Source of the DNA: Vulcanimicrobiota bacterium
Lineage (GTDB): Bacteria; Vulcanimicrobiota; Vulcanimicrobiia; Vulcanimicrobiales; Vulcanimicrobiaceae
Assembly: GCA_963714015.1 (NCBI GenBank)
Contig: OY970223.1
Location: 864,001-928,000, forward strand
DNA: 64,000 nucleotides
Direction: 5' to 3'
Shown here one piece after another: positions 40,063 through 49,859 of this stretch. A model generated the notes under the pieces. It was not told the DNA's origin, did not search any database, and worked only from the letters and a program-made list of their open reading frames with translations. Within the stretch, counting starts at the first letter, position 1, and every line of letters begins with the position of its first letter. A program made the position numbers and the translations under genes.

Positions 40063-40935
40063 CTAATATGGTACGCCGTCCGCCGCCGGTGCGCGCACTT
40101 TGCCGACCAGCCCCGCAATTGCAATCAGTGCGGCAACGTACGGAAGCGCCTGCATCGCGTCGCTGGGAAGAAACGCAACGCGGCCTTGGAGCACGTACTG
40201 AAGCGCTTCAAAGAAACCGAAAAATACCGCCGCGCCGGTAGCGCCCCACGGCGTCCATCGCCCGAAGATCACGGCGGCCAGCGCGATGAATCCGCGACCG
40301 GCGGTCATACCGTCGGAGTACAAGTTTACCTCGCCGACGGAGAGAAAGGCACCGCCGAGGCCCGCCAGCGCGCCGCTCGCAATAACAGCGTACACGCGCA
40401 GCCGCAGCGGATCGAGGCCGGCGTCCTGTACCGCGCGCGGATTCTCGCCGCAGGCGCGCACATGCAAACCCCACGGGGTGCGAGTCAGCCAAAAATGGAG
40501 CAGCGCCGCCGCCGCGAACGCCGCGCCAATCAGAATCCAGTATCCGTGCCCGAGCGCGTTGACCTGCGGGCTTGCGCCGGGTTGATTGAAGATCAGCGTC
40601 AAACCGAATGCGGCGCCTCCGGCGGCGACGAGGTTGATGCCGGTTCCCGCGACGATCTGGTCCACTTTGAAGTACGCGGCCGCCGCACCTAAAATGAAGC
40701 CGAAGATACCCCCCGCGGCGATGCCGGAAAGTAAGCCGATCACGGGACTCCCCGTCGCACCCGAAATGACCACAGCGCTGAAAGCGCCGGCGGCCATCAT
40801 GCCCTCGAGACCGATATTCACGATCCCTGAACGCTCCGAAATAACGCCGCCCAGCGCCGCATAAATGATCGGCGTGGCCTTGATGAGCGTCAGCGTGACC
40901 AGCGTAACCAGCAGGGCGATGCCGGGCGAGTTCAT
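40063..40935 (-). CDS. nucleoside/sugar ABC permease 2
   Basis: SERSGIVNIGLEG; GRGFIALAAVIFGRW. Confidence 0.93.
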   Translation of the reverse strand: MNSPGIALLVTLVTLTLIKATPIIYAALGGVISERSGIVNIGLEGMMAAGAFSAVVISGATGSPVIGLLSGIAAGGIFGFILGAAAAYFKVDQIVAGTGINLVAAGGAAFGLTLIFNQPGASPQVNALGHGYWILIGAAFAAAALLHFWLTRTPWGLHVRACGENPRAVQDAGLDPLRLRVYAVIASGALAGLGGAFLSVGEVNLYSDGMTAGRGFIALAAVIFGRWTPWGATGAAVFFGFFEALQYVLQGRVAFLPSDAMQALPYVAALIAIAGLVGKVRAPAADGVPY

Positions 40936-41960
40936 ACGGGAGCCGCCGCCGCGCGCGTTGCGACGTATCGCCGCGCCGCAAGCACCAAAATGATGAGGCC
41001 TTCGATCACATGGATCGCGTCTTTGGGAACGTCGGCGAGCGCTTGCATCGCAAGACCACCGGCCTCGAGAATGCCGAACCCGAACGCGGCGACGCAAATC
41101 CACAACGGGTTGAGATCGCCGACCAGCGCCACGGCGATAGCGGTGTAACCATAACCGGGAGAGAGCTGCGTGTTGAAACGATGCAGCACGCCCGTAACGA
41201 TCGTCGCGCCTCCGACGCCGGCAATTGCGCCGGAGAGCGCCAGCGCAAGCCATGTCATGCGCGGCATGTTGACGCCGCTGCGCCGCGCCGCCTCGGGCGC
41301 CTCCCCGGACGCGCGCAAGTCGTAGCCGAAAACCGTGCGCCTGAAGATCCACTGCAGCACGATCGCAGCCAGCACCGCGATTACGAGCGCAATCGAAAGT
41401 CGCGTCCCGGGAATCAATGCCGGAAGCCAAGACCCGGGGCCCAGCGGCGCCGTCTCGGCGCCGGACGTTTGCGATGCGCGCAGCGGTCCGGAGACTAGAT
41501 AGTTTGCAACGGAAAGTGCGACGAAGTTCAACATCAGCGTGCTGATGATCTCGTTTGCATGAAAGCGCGCCCGCAGCCAGCCGGCCAGGCCGCCCCACGC
41601 ACCGCCGCCGAGAAAACCCGCTGCAAGCAAGAGCGGCGCTGCAACGATCTGCGGGACCGAAAGATGTGCGCCCAGCGCGCCGGCCAGCATACCGCCCATG
41701 AGCAGCTGTCCCTCGGCGCCGATGTTGAACAGCCCGGCGCGAAACGCAACCGCGATGCCGAGCGCGGGGAAAAGCAGCGCCGTCGTTTGCACGAGAGTTT
41801 CAGCGATTTGATTGCGGCCGCCGAGCGACCCGACGAAGAGCGCCCAAAAACCGTCCACCGGACTGACGCCTGCGATCAGCATCGCGCACGCAGCGAGCGC
41901 GAACGCGAGAACGATTGCGCCGAGCGGGCCGCCCAGGTAGTTTCTGCGCCGGGCGTTCAC
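40932..41960 (-). CDS. nucleoside/sugar ABC permease 1
   Basis: GLFNIGAEGQ, NEIISTLMLN, GYGYTAIAVAL. Confidence 0.93.
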   Translation of the reverse strand: MNARRRNYLGGPLGAIVLAFALAACAMLIAGVSPVDGFWALFVGSLGGRNQIAETLVQTTALLFPALGIAVAFRAGLFNIGAEGQLLMGGMLAGALGAHLSVPQIVAAPLLLAAGFLGGGAWGGLAGWLRARFHANEIISTLMLNFVALSVANYLVSGPLRASQTSGAETAPLGPGSWLPALIPGTRLSIALVIAVLAAIVLQWIFRRTVFGYDLRASGEAPEAARRSGVNMPRMTWLALALSGAIAGVGGATIVTGVLHRFNTQLSPGYGYTAIAVALVGDLNPLWICVAAFGFGILEAGGLAMQALADVPKDAIHVIEGLIILVLAARRYVATRAAAAPV

Positions 41961-43384
41961 GCCGCGGCTCCGGCCATCAGCCGTCCGATGCGCGCGCGAT
42001 CTATCGCCGCACCGGCAAACTGGCCGGCGATGCGACCGCGGTACATCACGAGCACGCGGTCCGAAAGGGCGAGCACTTCATCCAATTCGAACGAGATCAG
42101 CAAAATCGCCGTACCGGCATTGCGCGCTTCGATCAATCGCGACTGCACCAGCGCTGCAGCGCCCACGTCTACGCCGCGCGTAGGCTGATATGCCAGTACG
42201 AACGCCGGATCGTCCAGCAGCGCGCGCCCGGCGACGAGCTTCTGCTGATTGCCGCCGGAGAGCGTTCGCACCGGTACGCTCAGGGAAGCTGCGCGCACGT
42301 CGAAGCGCTCGACGATGTTCTGCGCAGCGCGCAGCGCAGCGGTGGGAGCGATCAACACGCCGCGCCGCATACTCGGCGAATGCTGCCGCCCCAGCATAGC
42401 GTTGTCGGTGATGGACCAGTTCATCACCAGGGCTTCACGTTGCCGGTCTTGCGGAATGATTGCAGCCCGTCCATCGATCGCAATGGATCCTCGAATCGGA
42501 ATCAAGCCGGCAATAGCGTCGGCCAGCGTCGACTGACCGTTCCCTTCGACGCCGGCGATACCGACGATCTCCCCCGCATGCACGTCGAACGAAATTCCGG
42601 AGATTTCCGTACTGCCCGAACCGGCGCTTACGTTTTCCGCATGAACGCACGGACGATTGCCGGCCGCCGTGCGCGCCGCGATCTTCGGCAGGTCGCCGCC
42701 GACCATCGCGCGCGCAATCTCCTCGACGCTCGTCTGTGCGGTTTCGTAGCGCGCGACGATCTTGCCGCGCCGCATGACGCTGACCCGCTCCGAGTAGTCG
42801 ATGACTTCCTGCAGTTTGTGCGTGACAATCATGACCGCGGTTCCCGCGGCGGCAAGGCGTTTTACGGTTTCGAAGAACGCCGCAATCTCTACCGGCGCGA
42901 GTGCGGCGGTCGGTTCGTCCAGCAGCAGCACTGCGGGTTCTCGTTCGAGTTCGCGCAGCAATTCGACGCGTTGCTGCACACCGATCGGCAATTCTTCGAC
43001 ATACGCGTCGGGGTCGATCTGCAAGCCGTTCCGCGCCGCCAAATCGCGTACACGAGCACGGGCGGCAGCCGTATCGATACGCCAGCCGCTTCGAGGCTCC
43101 CGCCCCAGCAGCACGTTCTGCCATACCGTCAAACGGCCCACCAACTGAAAATGCTGGTGCACCAGTCCGACGGTACCGCTCGCTTCAACGGTTCCTTCGT
43201 CCGCTTTCAACGCGCCGAATGCAATGTTCGCCAGCGTCGACTTTCCCGCGCCGTTCTCGCCGACCAGCGCGTGCACTTCGCCCGCGCATAATTCCAAATC
43301 AACACCGTCGACGGCTACTACGCCGGGAAACGCTTTGCGAATGTCTCGCAGGCGCAGCGCGGCGAGGCCGTCTACGGTTTCCAC
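41957..43384 (-). CDS. CUT2-type ABC ATPase (two domains)
   Basis: GENGAGKST, LDEPT, LSGGNQQK, PTRGVD. Confidence 0.95.
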   Translation of the reverse strand: METVDGLAALRLRDIRKAFPGVVAVDGVDLELCAGEVHALVGENGAGKSTLANIAFGALKADEGTVEASGTVGLVHQHFQLVGRLTVWQNVLLGREPRSGWRIDTAAARARVRDLAARNGLQIDPDAYVEELPIGVQQRVELLRELEREPAVLLLDEPTAALAPVEIAAFFETVKRLAAAGTAVMIVTHKLQEVIDYSERVSVMRRGKIVARYETAQTSVEEIARAMVGGDLPKIAARTAAGNRPCVHAENVSAGSGSTEISGISFDVHAGEIVGIAGVEGNGQSTLADAIAGLIPIRGSIAIDGRAAIIPQDRQREALVMNWSITDNAMLGRQHSPSMRRGVLIAPTAALRAAQNIVERFDVRAASLSVPVRTLSGGNQQKLVAGRALLDDPAFVLAYQPTRGVDVGAAALVQSRLIEARNAGTAILLISFELDEVLALSDRVLVMYRGRIAGQFAGAAIDRARIGRLMAGAAA

Positions 43385-44394
43385 GCAGCCAAGGCCTCAC
43401 GCGTCTGCGGAACGGCGATGCCGCCGTTCTCGATCCGCTGCTCGAGCGAATTCAAATGCGCGATCATCACAGGCGATACCGCATCGTGCGTATACTGAAA
43501 ATTCGTCAACGACACGCCTTTCTCGCGCAAGCCCAGCACTACATGACCCTGCAGCGGCCGATGCTGCTGCAACGCGCGCGCGATGTGAAAGACCGCTACG
43601 TCGACGTGCTTTACCATGGACGTCAGGATCTTCCCCGGCGCCAGCGCATCCTGATCGTTGTCGACGCCGATGATGTAATAGCCGGTCGGCCTCGACTTGA
43701 CCGCGTCGATTGCACCCAAGCCCACTTTTCCCGCCGCGGTATAGATGATGTCCGCGCCGCCGCCGAACAGGATGTTCGCAATTTCTTGGCCCGCCGGCAC
43801 GTCGTCGAACGATCCCGCATACTTCACGTCGACCTTCACCGACGGATCTATCTCGCGCACGCCCGCAATGTATCCGGCTTCAAATTTGCGAATCAGCGGG
43901 ATGTCCTGGCCCCCGAGAAACGCCACGTGCCGGGTCTTGGTGACCATGGCTGCAAGCGCGCCGGCCAAGAACGACCCGTCCTCTTCGGTGAACGTCACCG
44001 AGACGATGTTCGCCGCCGGCACGACGTCGTCGATGATCGCATAGCGCCGATCCGTAAACTGCGCCGCCACTTGCTGCAGATCGTCGCCCATCAAGAAACC
44101 GATGGCGTAGATCATGTCGTAGCCGGCTTCACTGAGCACGGTCAGGTTCGGCTGATAATCGGCGGCCGATTTGGATTGCAGCACTTTGACGAACGCGCCC
44201 AGGCGTGCCTGACTGGTCTGCAAACCGCGATACGCGGAATCGTTGAACGACTTGTCGCCGAGGCCGCCGACGTCGGTCACCATTCCCAGCGTCAGTTGCC
44301 CCGCCCGCGGCCGAAGAACGCGCCGCACGCAGCCTGCCTGGCCGGACGCGCAAAGGATCGCCGCGAGCGATGCGAGCATCTGCCGGCGCTTCAT
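43372..44394 (-). CDS. BMP family nucleoside-binding protein
   Basis: MKRR Tat-like signal; GGLGDKSFNDSA, GADIIY, IGVDNDQ. Confidence 0.93.
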   Translation of the reverse strand: MKRRQMLASLAAILCASGQAGCVRRVLRPRAGQLTLGMVTDVGGLGDKSFNDSAYRGLQTSQARLGAFVKVLQSKSAADYQPNLTVLSEAGYDMIYAIGFLMGDDLQQVAAQFTDRRYAIIDDVVPAANIVSVTFTEEDGSFLAGALAAMVTKTRHVAFLGGQDIPLIRKFEAGYIAGVREIDPSVKVDVKYAGSFDDVPAGQEIANILFGGGADIIYTAAGKVGLGAIDAVKSRPTGYYIIGVDNDQDALAPGKILTSMVKHVDVAVFHIARALQQHRPLQGHVVLGLREKGVSLTNFQYTHDAVSPVMIAHLNSLEQRIENGGIAVPQTREALAAWKP

Positions 44395-44454
44395 TACGGC
44401 CACTGTTTGCAGAGGCTTTGGCCGATGCCTTTGGGCTTGTTCGCTCCGGGGTAC

Positions 44455-46125
44455 ATGGTGGACGTGCCCCAGGAGCAGGTGAAGGACTTGCGCGAGACCC
44501 CGCCGCGCCGCTGGTCCGAAGAACTAGGCGGGATTCGTTGGCTTCCGCGCATCATCGACAAAGCGCGCGCCGCCATGAACGGAACGTTGGGCGATTATCT
44601 CTACGGTCAAAGCCCGATGGACCGGGGTTTGCTTCTCGCGCTCGGCGTAACGTATAAAGAGTTCACCGCCATCGTGCGCCGCTCGGACGGCGACGACGAA
44701 AAAGTCCTGGAGAGCTTGCAGGCGCGTTCCTCCGACGGCATGGAGCTGGCGCGCCGCTGGAGCGAACGGCTCCCGCGCCGGCATCGCGCGTTTCTTTTTT
44801 CGATCGATTTGGACGACGGATACGCGGGAGGCTGGCTTCAGGCGTTTCGTCCCGTGATCCGGATTTTGACGCACGTGTACAGTCAATGGATACGCTTGCA
44901 TTGGCCGGCCAAAGCCGCATTGATCGGGCTGGAAGTCGAGACGCAGCGAGCGGGCGATCGCGCCGAGGCGGCGCGCGGCACGGAGGAAGAGCCGTACAAC
45001 TGGTTCACGACGCAAACGCTGGATTCGGCGTGGAAGACGCTGCTCTCGATCGTGCTCGCCTTCTTGATCGTTGAGTACATCGTGCGCTTTTTCGAGCGCG
45101 TCGGCACGATCTTCCTGATCATCATCGCGGCGATCTTTTTCGCATATCTGATCTATCCGATCGTGCGCTGGCTCAACCGAAAGCTCCCGCTGATCGTTTC
45201 GATCTTGCTCGTCTACGCCGTGATTGCGGCGATCGTCGCCGTTGGACTGATGTACTTGATTCCGGCGGTGATGGCCGAAGTAACGACGCTCTCACACACT
45301 TGGCCCGTGATGGAGGCGAGGATCACGGCGTTCATCCGCGATCCGCACAACAAACTCTTCGCGCGTATGCCCACGCCGATTCGCAGCCAAGCCGAAAAAC
45401 TTCCGCAGGCCGTGGTCACGTGGGCCCAAACGCACGGCGCAGCCGCTCTGGGAAACGCCGTGATGGTGCTGATCGGCACCGTTGCGCTCATCGCCGCGTG
45501 CGTTGCCGTTCCTGTCCTCGGCGCGTATCTGCTCTACGATTCGGAGACGATCAAGCGGTTCTTCATGGGATTCATTCCCAGCCGCAAACGTGAAGCGACG
45601 CTCGGCCTGCTCTCGGAATTGGAACAGGTCGTCGGCGGATTCATACGCGGGCAGTTGCTCGTCGGCGGATCCGTGGGCTTCCTGATTGCCGTCGGCTTGA
45701 TGCTGGTCGGCGAGCCATACGCAATTCTAATCGGTGTGCTGGCTGCCGCGCTCGATTTGATTCCGTACATCGGGCCGGTCATTGCGGCGATTCCGGCCTT
45801 TACGATCGCATTCATCTCCGGCGGTTTTCCGCTCGCGGTAAAGGTCGCCATCGTCTTTGTCCTGGCCAATCAAGCCGAAGGGCACATCATCGCGCCCAAC
45901 ATCGTCAGCCGCACGATTCAGCTGAGCCCAAGCGCCGTGGTCGTCTCCATTCTTATCGGGGGCGAACTCTACGGTATCCTGGGGATGTTCATCGCGGTGC
46001 CCATCGCGGGAATTATCCGCGTGCTGCTGCTGCACGTCATCCCCGGCTCGGTGAGTCGCGAAGAGGCGCGGCCGGTCCTGACCAAGGACCCGCATGACTC
46101 CGCTGAAGAAGCCGCTGCTTCGTGA
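44455..46125 (+). CDS. DUF5069-like domain fused to an AI-2E family transporter
   Basis: N-terminal PRRWSEELGGIRWLPRIIDKARA...GTLGDYLY...SPMD; C-terminal AI-2E motifs (AYLIYPIV, GFIRGQ, LIPYIGP, EGHIIAP). Start could also be the GTG at 44464. Confidence 0.85.
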   Translation: MVDVPQEQVKDLRETPPRRWSEELGGIRWLPRIIDKARAAMNGTLGDYLYGQSPMDRGLLLALGVTYKEFTAIVRRSDGDDEKVLESLQARSSDGMELARRWSERLPRRHRAFLFSIDLDDGYAGGWLQAFRPVIRILTHVYSQWIRLHWPAKAALIGLEVETQRAGDRAEAARGTEEEPYNWFTTQTLDSAWKTLLSIVLAFLIVEYIVRFFERVGTIFLIIIAAIFFAYLIYPIVRWLNRKLPLIVSILLVYAVIAAIVAVGLMYLIPAVMAEVTTLSHTWPVMEARITAFIRDPHNKLFARMPTPIRSQAEKLPQAVVTWAQTHGAAALGNAVMVLIGTVALIAACVAVPVLGAYLLYDSETIKRFFMGFIPSRKREATLGLLSELEQVVGGFIRGQLLVGGSVGFLIAVGLMLVGEPYAILIGVLAAALDLIPYIGPVIAAIPAFTIAFISGGFPLAVKVAIVFVLANQAEGHIIAPNIVSRTIQLSPSAVVVSILIGGELYGILGMFIAVPIAGIIRVLLLHVIPGSVSREEARPVLTKDPHDSAEEAAAS

Positions 46126-47012
46126 GTACGATTCTCCCGAGCCCCGTGAACCGCGTCGACATCATCGGCGTGCCGATGGACCTCGGCGCCAGCCGGCGCG
46201 GCGTGGACATGGGGCCGTCCGCCGTTCGCTACGCGCGCCTGAACGAGCGGCTGCACCGCCTCGGCATCGAGAACATCAACGATTTGGGCAATCTGACCGT
46301 GCCCATTCGCGAGGCCGTGCCGCAGTCCGACCAGCACGCCAAGTATTTTGACGTCATCGACGAGGTTTGCACCGAGCTCGCCGCCATGGTCGAGCGCGTG
46401 GTGAAGGAGGGCGGTTTTCCGATCGTGCTGGGCGGCGATCATTCGATTGCGATGGGCACGCTGTGCGGCTTGACCAAAGCGCGCGGCATGGCGCCGGGCG
46501 TCGTGTGGATCGACGCGCATAGCGACATCAATAGCCCGGACAGCTCGCCCAGCGGGAACGTGCACGGCATGCCGCTGTGGTTTGCGTTGAAGAACGGCTA
46601 CGCGCTGCCCGAACACACCGTGCAGATCGGCCTGCGCGACGTGGACGCGATCGAGAAAGCGAATCTGCGCGCCGCAAAAGTTGCGGCGTTCACGATGAGC
46701 GACGTCGATCGCCTGGGGATGACGCGCGTCATGGAAGAGTCGATCGGGATTGCCGGAGCAGGGGGCCGCTCCATACACGTTTCGTTCGATATGGACGGCA
46801 TCGATCCGAGCGAGGCACCCGGAACCGGAACCCCCGTCAAAGGCGGCTTGAGTTACCGGGAAGCGCACCTCGCAATGGAGATGCTGTTCGAATCGGGGCG
46901 GCTGGGCAGTATTGAAATGGTCGAGATCAATCCGATTTTGGACACGCGCAATCAAACCGCACTACTTGCGGTTGGGCTGATCTGCTCCGGTTTGGGGAAG
47001 TCGATTTTGTAG
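46122..47012 (+). CDS. rocF: arginase
   Basis: GGDHS, DAHSD, SGNVHGMP, SFDMD, EINP. Confidence 0.96.
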   Translation: MSTILPSPVNRVDIIGVPMDLGASRRGVDMGPSAVRYARLNERLHRLGIENINDLGNLTVPIREAVPQSDQHAKYFDVIDEVCTELAAMVERVVKEGGFPIVLGGDHSIAMGTLCGLTKARGMAPGVVWIDAHSDINSPDSSPSGNVHGMPLWFALKNGYALPEHTVQIGLRDVDAIEKANLRAAKVAAFTMSDVDRLGMTRVMEESIGIAGAGGRSIHVSFDMDGIDPSEAPGTGTPVKGGLSYREAHLAMEMLFESGRLGSIEMVEINPILDTRNQTALLAVGLICSGLGKSIL

Positions 47013-47031
47013 CGGCGGTTTGTGCCGCGAC

Positions 47032-47352
47032 TCAAAATCTTCTGGTGGAAACCCGCTGCGGCGTTTGTGTCAGAACGGCCACAATGTCCCTGTAAAGAAT
47101 CTGCAACTCGTCCGCGCCCGATACGCCATGCACGTTCGCCGACCATGCATCCAGCGCTTCACGCAGTTCGATCCGGCGCTTTCGCAGCCAACCGCCATTT
47201 TGCGGCGCATTAAACGCCGCTTGCTCTAGGGCCACCAACGCACGCAGCGGAGCGCGCATTTCTTCGATGTCGCCTCGAGCCCGGGTTGCAATAGCACAAC
47301 GCATAGCATCGCACGCGGCCCTGAGAGTTGCATTGTCTAACGGATCAGCCAT
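47032..47352 (-). CDS. hypothetical protein
   Basis: AAGGA SD upstream of the ATG; helical 106-aa ORF filling the gap. Confidence 0.5.
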   Translation of the reverse strand: MADPLDNATLRAACDAMRCAIATRARGDIEEMRAPLRALVALEQAAFNAPQNGGWLRKRRIELREALDAWSANVHGVSGADELQILYRDIVAVLTQTPQRVSTRRF

Positions 47353-47529
47353 ACTTCCTTATTTTCGCGGGGCCACGCTTTACGCGTTTCAACGCTGCAG
47401 CCATGAACTGCGAATCAGCTGCAGCGATTCGCTGCTTGCAGTATCCCATAAATCCTGGTATCTGCATAGGGTTGACCCCCAGAGGGCCGAGCGGCAAACA
47501 CAACCGGCGGTCGATTATTTCCCGACCAA

Positions 47530-48408
47530 TCAGGATGACGAGGTAAGGTCTGCACGCTCTGAAGGACGCGTTATAAATTCGAGTGCGCTGCGCATGATGG
47601 AATTCCGCGCGGGAACCTTTATTCGATCGGCGAGCCGCAGTACAGCCAGGACCTTAACGCTCCACCACGTGGGATCGAATTCGAACCAGCGCAACCCATG
47701 GCGCGCCGAATACGGAAACGCGTGGTGATTGTTATGCCAGCCTTCTCCCCAGGAAATAAGCGCAACCCACCAGCAGTTGGTTGAGAGGTCGGGCGTTCGA
47801 AACGTACGGTAACCCAACGAGTGGGCCGCGCTGTTGACCAGCCACGTCGCATGATAGCTCACCACCAGGCGGACGAAAACGCCCCAGATCACCCACGACC
47901 ATCCGCCCATAGCGAATAGTGCGCCGGCAAGTGCGAGTTGCAAGGGTCCGTGAATGTATTGCAACGCGCGATAAAACGGTTGCTCGTAGAGATCGGGGGC
48001 AAAACGCCGCAATTCCTCTTGCGTCGGCATTGCATCGTTCTGTTTGTAGAGCCACTGCATATGGGCCCAGCGGAAACCGACGTTACGCCCATGGGGATCG
48101 CCCTGCGCATCGGAATGAACGTGATGTTTGCGATGTGTGGCGACCCAACGAATCGGATCGCCTTGCAGCGCGAGCGTTCCAAAAATCGCGAGCGCATACT
48201 CCAAAGGCTTACGCAGCCGCAATGCACGGTGCGTCAATGCGCGATGATAGCACAGCGTAACGCCCAGGCCGCCTGTGACGTACATCAGCACCGCTGCAGC
48301 AACGAGTGCGCTCCAATGGAACATGCCCGGGATGAATGCGGCGAGCGCCCCAATATGAATCGCGCTCAGACCAACGCTGTTGATCCGAGCGCGAATGCGG
48401 CTATTCAC
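47530..48408 (-). CDS. membrane fatty acid (delta-9-type) desaturase
   Basis: His boxes HRALTH, HRKHH, HNNHH. Confidence 0.95.
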   Translation of the reverse strand: MNSRIRARINSVGLSAIHIGALAAFIPGMFHWSALVAAAVLMYVTGGLGVTLCYHRALTHRALRLRKPLEYALAIFGTLALQGDPIRWVATHRKHHVHSDAQGDPHGRNVGFRWAHMQWLYKQNDAMPTQEELRRFAPDLYEQPFYRALQYIHGPLQLALAGALFAMGGWSWVIWGVFVRLVVSYHATWLVNSAAHSLGYRTFRTPDLSTNCWWVALISWGEGWHNNHHAFPYSARHGLRWFEFDPTWWSVKVLAVLRLADRIKVPARNSIMRSALEFITRPSERADLTSSS

Positions 48409-48411
48409 CGT

Positions 48412-48723
48412 TTAGCGATAGCTGGGACGTGACGCGAAGCAATCGCGGCAGTAAACCGGCTTGTCTCCGCGAGGTTGGAACGGAACTTCCGCGACCCCCC
48501 CGCACTGACTGCACGTTGCCTGGAACATCTCGCGCCGGCCGCCGCCGCCGCCGCTCCCGCCGCCCGTGCGTCCGCCGCCGGAGGCCTTGCGCGCCGCGCG
48601 GCAATCCGCGCAGCGGCTCGGTTTGTTCGTAAAGCCTTTGCTGGCGTAAAATTCTTGTTCGCTTGCGGTGAACGGGAAGGTGCGTCCGCAATCGACGCAG
48701 TTTAGATTTTCATCTGAGTACAT
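48412..48723 (-). CDS. zinc-ribbon + CxxC-x17-CxxC domain protein
   Basis: CVDC...FTASEQEFY...CADC, Gly-rich linker, CSQC...VPFQP...VYCRDC; AGGAG SD. Confidence 0.92.
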   Translation of the reverse strand: MYSDENLNCVDCGRTFPFTASEQEFYASKGFTNKPSRCADCRAARKASGGGRTGGGSGGGGGRREMFQATCSQCGGVAEVPFQPRGDKPVYCRDCFASRPSYR

Positions 48724-48881
48724 GAACGAGTCTCCTAACTCTGTGTAGTGGGTTTGTGGTAATCGGACTCGCCAGTACTGTAACAAAAAGTTGAAACACT
48801 AGTGAGCGCGGCAAATTCATACTGAACGTCTTCGACTCGGCGAAGCCGCTCGGCATCTATTGCTAATTCGGAATTTCTAGA

Positions 48882-48933
48882 AATATCGGACCAATCTTTC
48901 GCCGGCGCAACTTGTCGATCGCTCGAAAGATTG
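48882..48933 (-). promoter_or_regulatory. putative promoter overlapped by an inverted repeat
   Basis: TTGCGC-17 bp-GATATT on the minus strand; CAATCTTTCG (48892-48901) and CGAAAGATTG (48924-48933) flank the -35. Confidence 0.5.
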
Positions 48934-49068
48934 CGCCCTGAGTGACCAGGAGTATCTCACGAAACTGTGCCCGGTACAACCCTCCCACAACCCCTCGAGC
49001 CCGCAAAGGGTTGCGGCCTGCCGGCCTCCGCATTCCGTAGCCGATCGAGGCAATGTGCTGGAATGCGG

Positions 49069-49822
49069 TCAGAGTCGAATAGTCGCCACGCCCTGACAGC
49101 TTACTCCGCCTCCGCACACGGCTGCGTCCCAATCGGCTTCGGCCAAGATTGCTTCGATTTCATGCTCGGTCTGTGCGTCAAGAGGCGGATCGAAGCTGAC
49201 GTTCATCGTGCGTCCGTCTTCGCCCACGGTGACGCTCAACGTCACGTGCTGCGAGCCGACTTTCTGCTGCAGCATGGCGACCACGCGCGGATCGAGTACG
49301 GGATCTTGCTGCGCGCCGAGCGGCATCACGCCGCCGCGATCTCCGTTCCCCCCGGCGACGCTGCGAGAACCACCGACGACCGCAGGCTGCGGCGAGGCGG
49401 GTGCATTCTGCTCGGCGGCCGCAATGGGTTTTTGCGGCGTCGTGATTTGCGCGTACAGCGGTGCGGCTTGATGAACTCGACGTTTCGGTGCGGCGGCGTG
49501 CGTTCCGGGAGCGAGCACTTCGTGCTGCGGGACGGCAGGTTTCTTCGTACGCGCGGCGATCTGCGTGCGGACTTTAGCATAGCTGACGATCTTCGCGAGC
49601 TTCGCCGCCTGTGGGAGGGCGTGCGCGGGGGCGCGCTCGACGGGCTGCTGGATTTGCAGGCGAATCAGGTGAGCGAACGTCAGGCTTTCGATTGGCTGCA
49701 ACCCTTGCGATTGCGTGCGAATCCAATTGGGAAGGAAGAATGCCAGAAGCAGGTGCAGCACGATCGACAGTGCGAGCGCACGCCGAAAGAGTCTGCTGGT
49801 TGTTCAAAACGTAGACTGCCAT
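49069..49822 (-). CDS. TonB-like single-TM protein with Pro/Ala-rich linker (frameshift near 49790)
   Basis: SIVLHLL TM segment, Pro-rich stalk, C-terminal VTLSVTVGEDG domain; GGAG SD before the ATG at 49822. Confidence 0.6.
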
Positions 49823-49859
49823 TGCGCTCCGGTTGGGAAACGAATCTACGACCGGAGGC

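Noticed and set aside
42901..44454. 1074-aa ORF start at 42901
   Set aside because: The first ~518 codons are antisense to the BMP and ABC ATPase genes; the real protein begins near 44455.
48940..49068. Hairpins (CCGCATTCC/GGAATGCGG; CCGCAA/TTGCGG) and an ACAACCC repeat as a possible riboswitch or ncRNA
   Set aside because: No recognisable riboswitch consensus; could simply be 3' structures of the upstream gene. A cmscan is needed.
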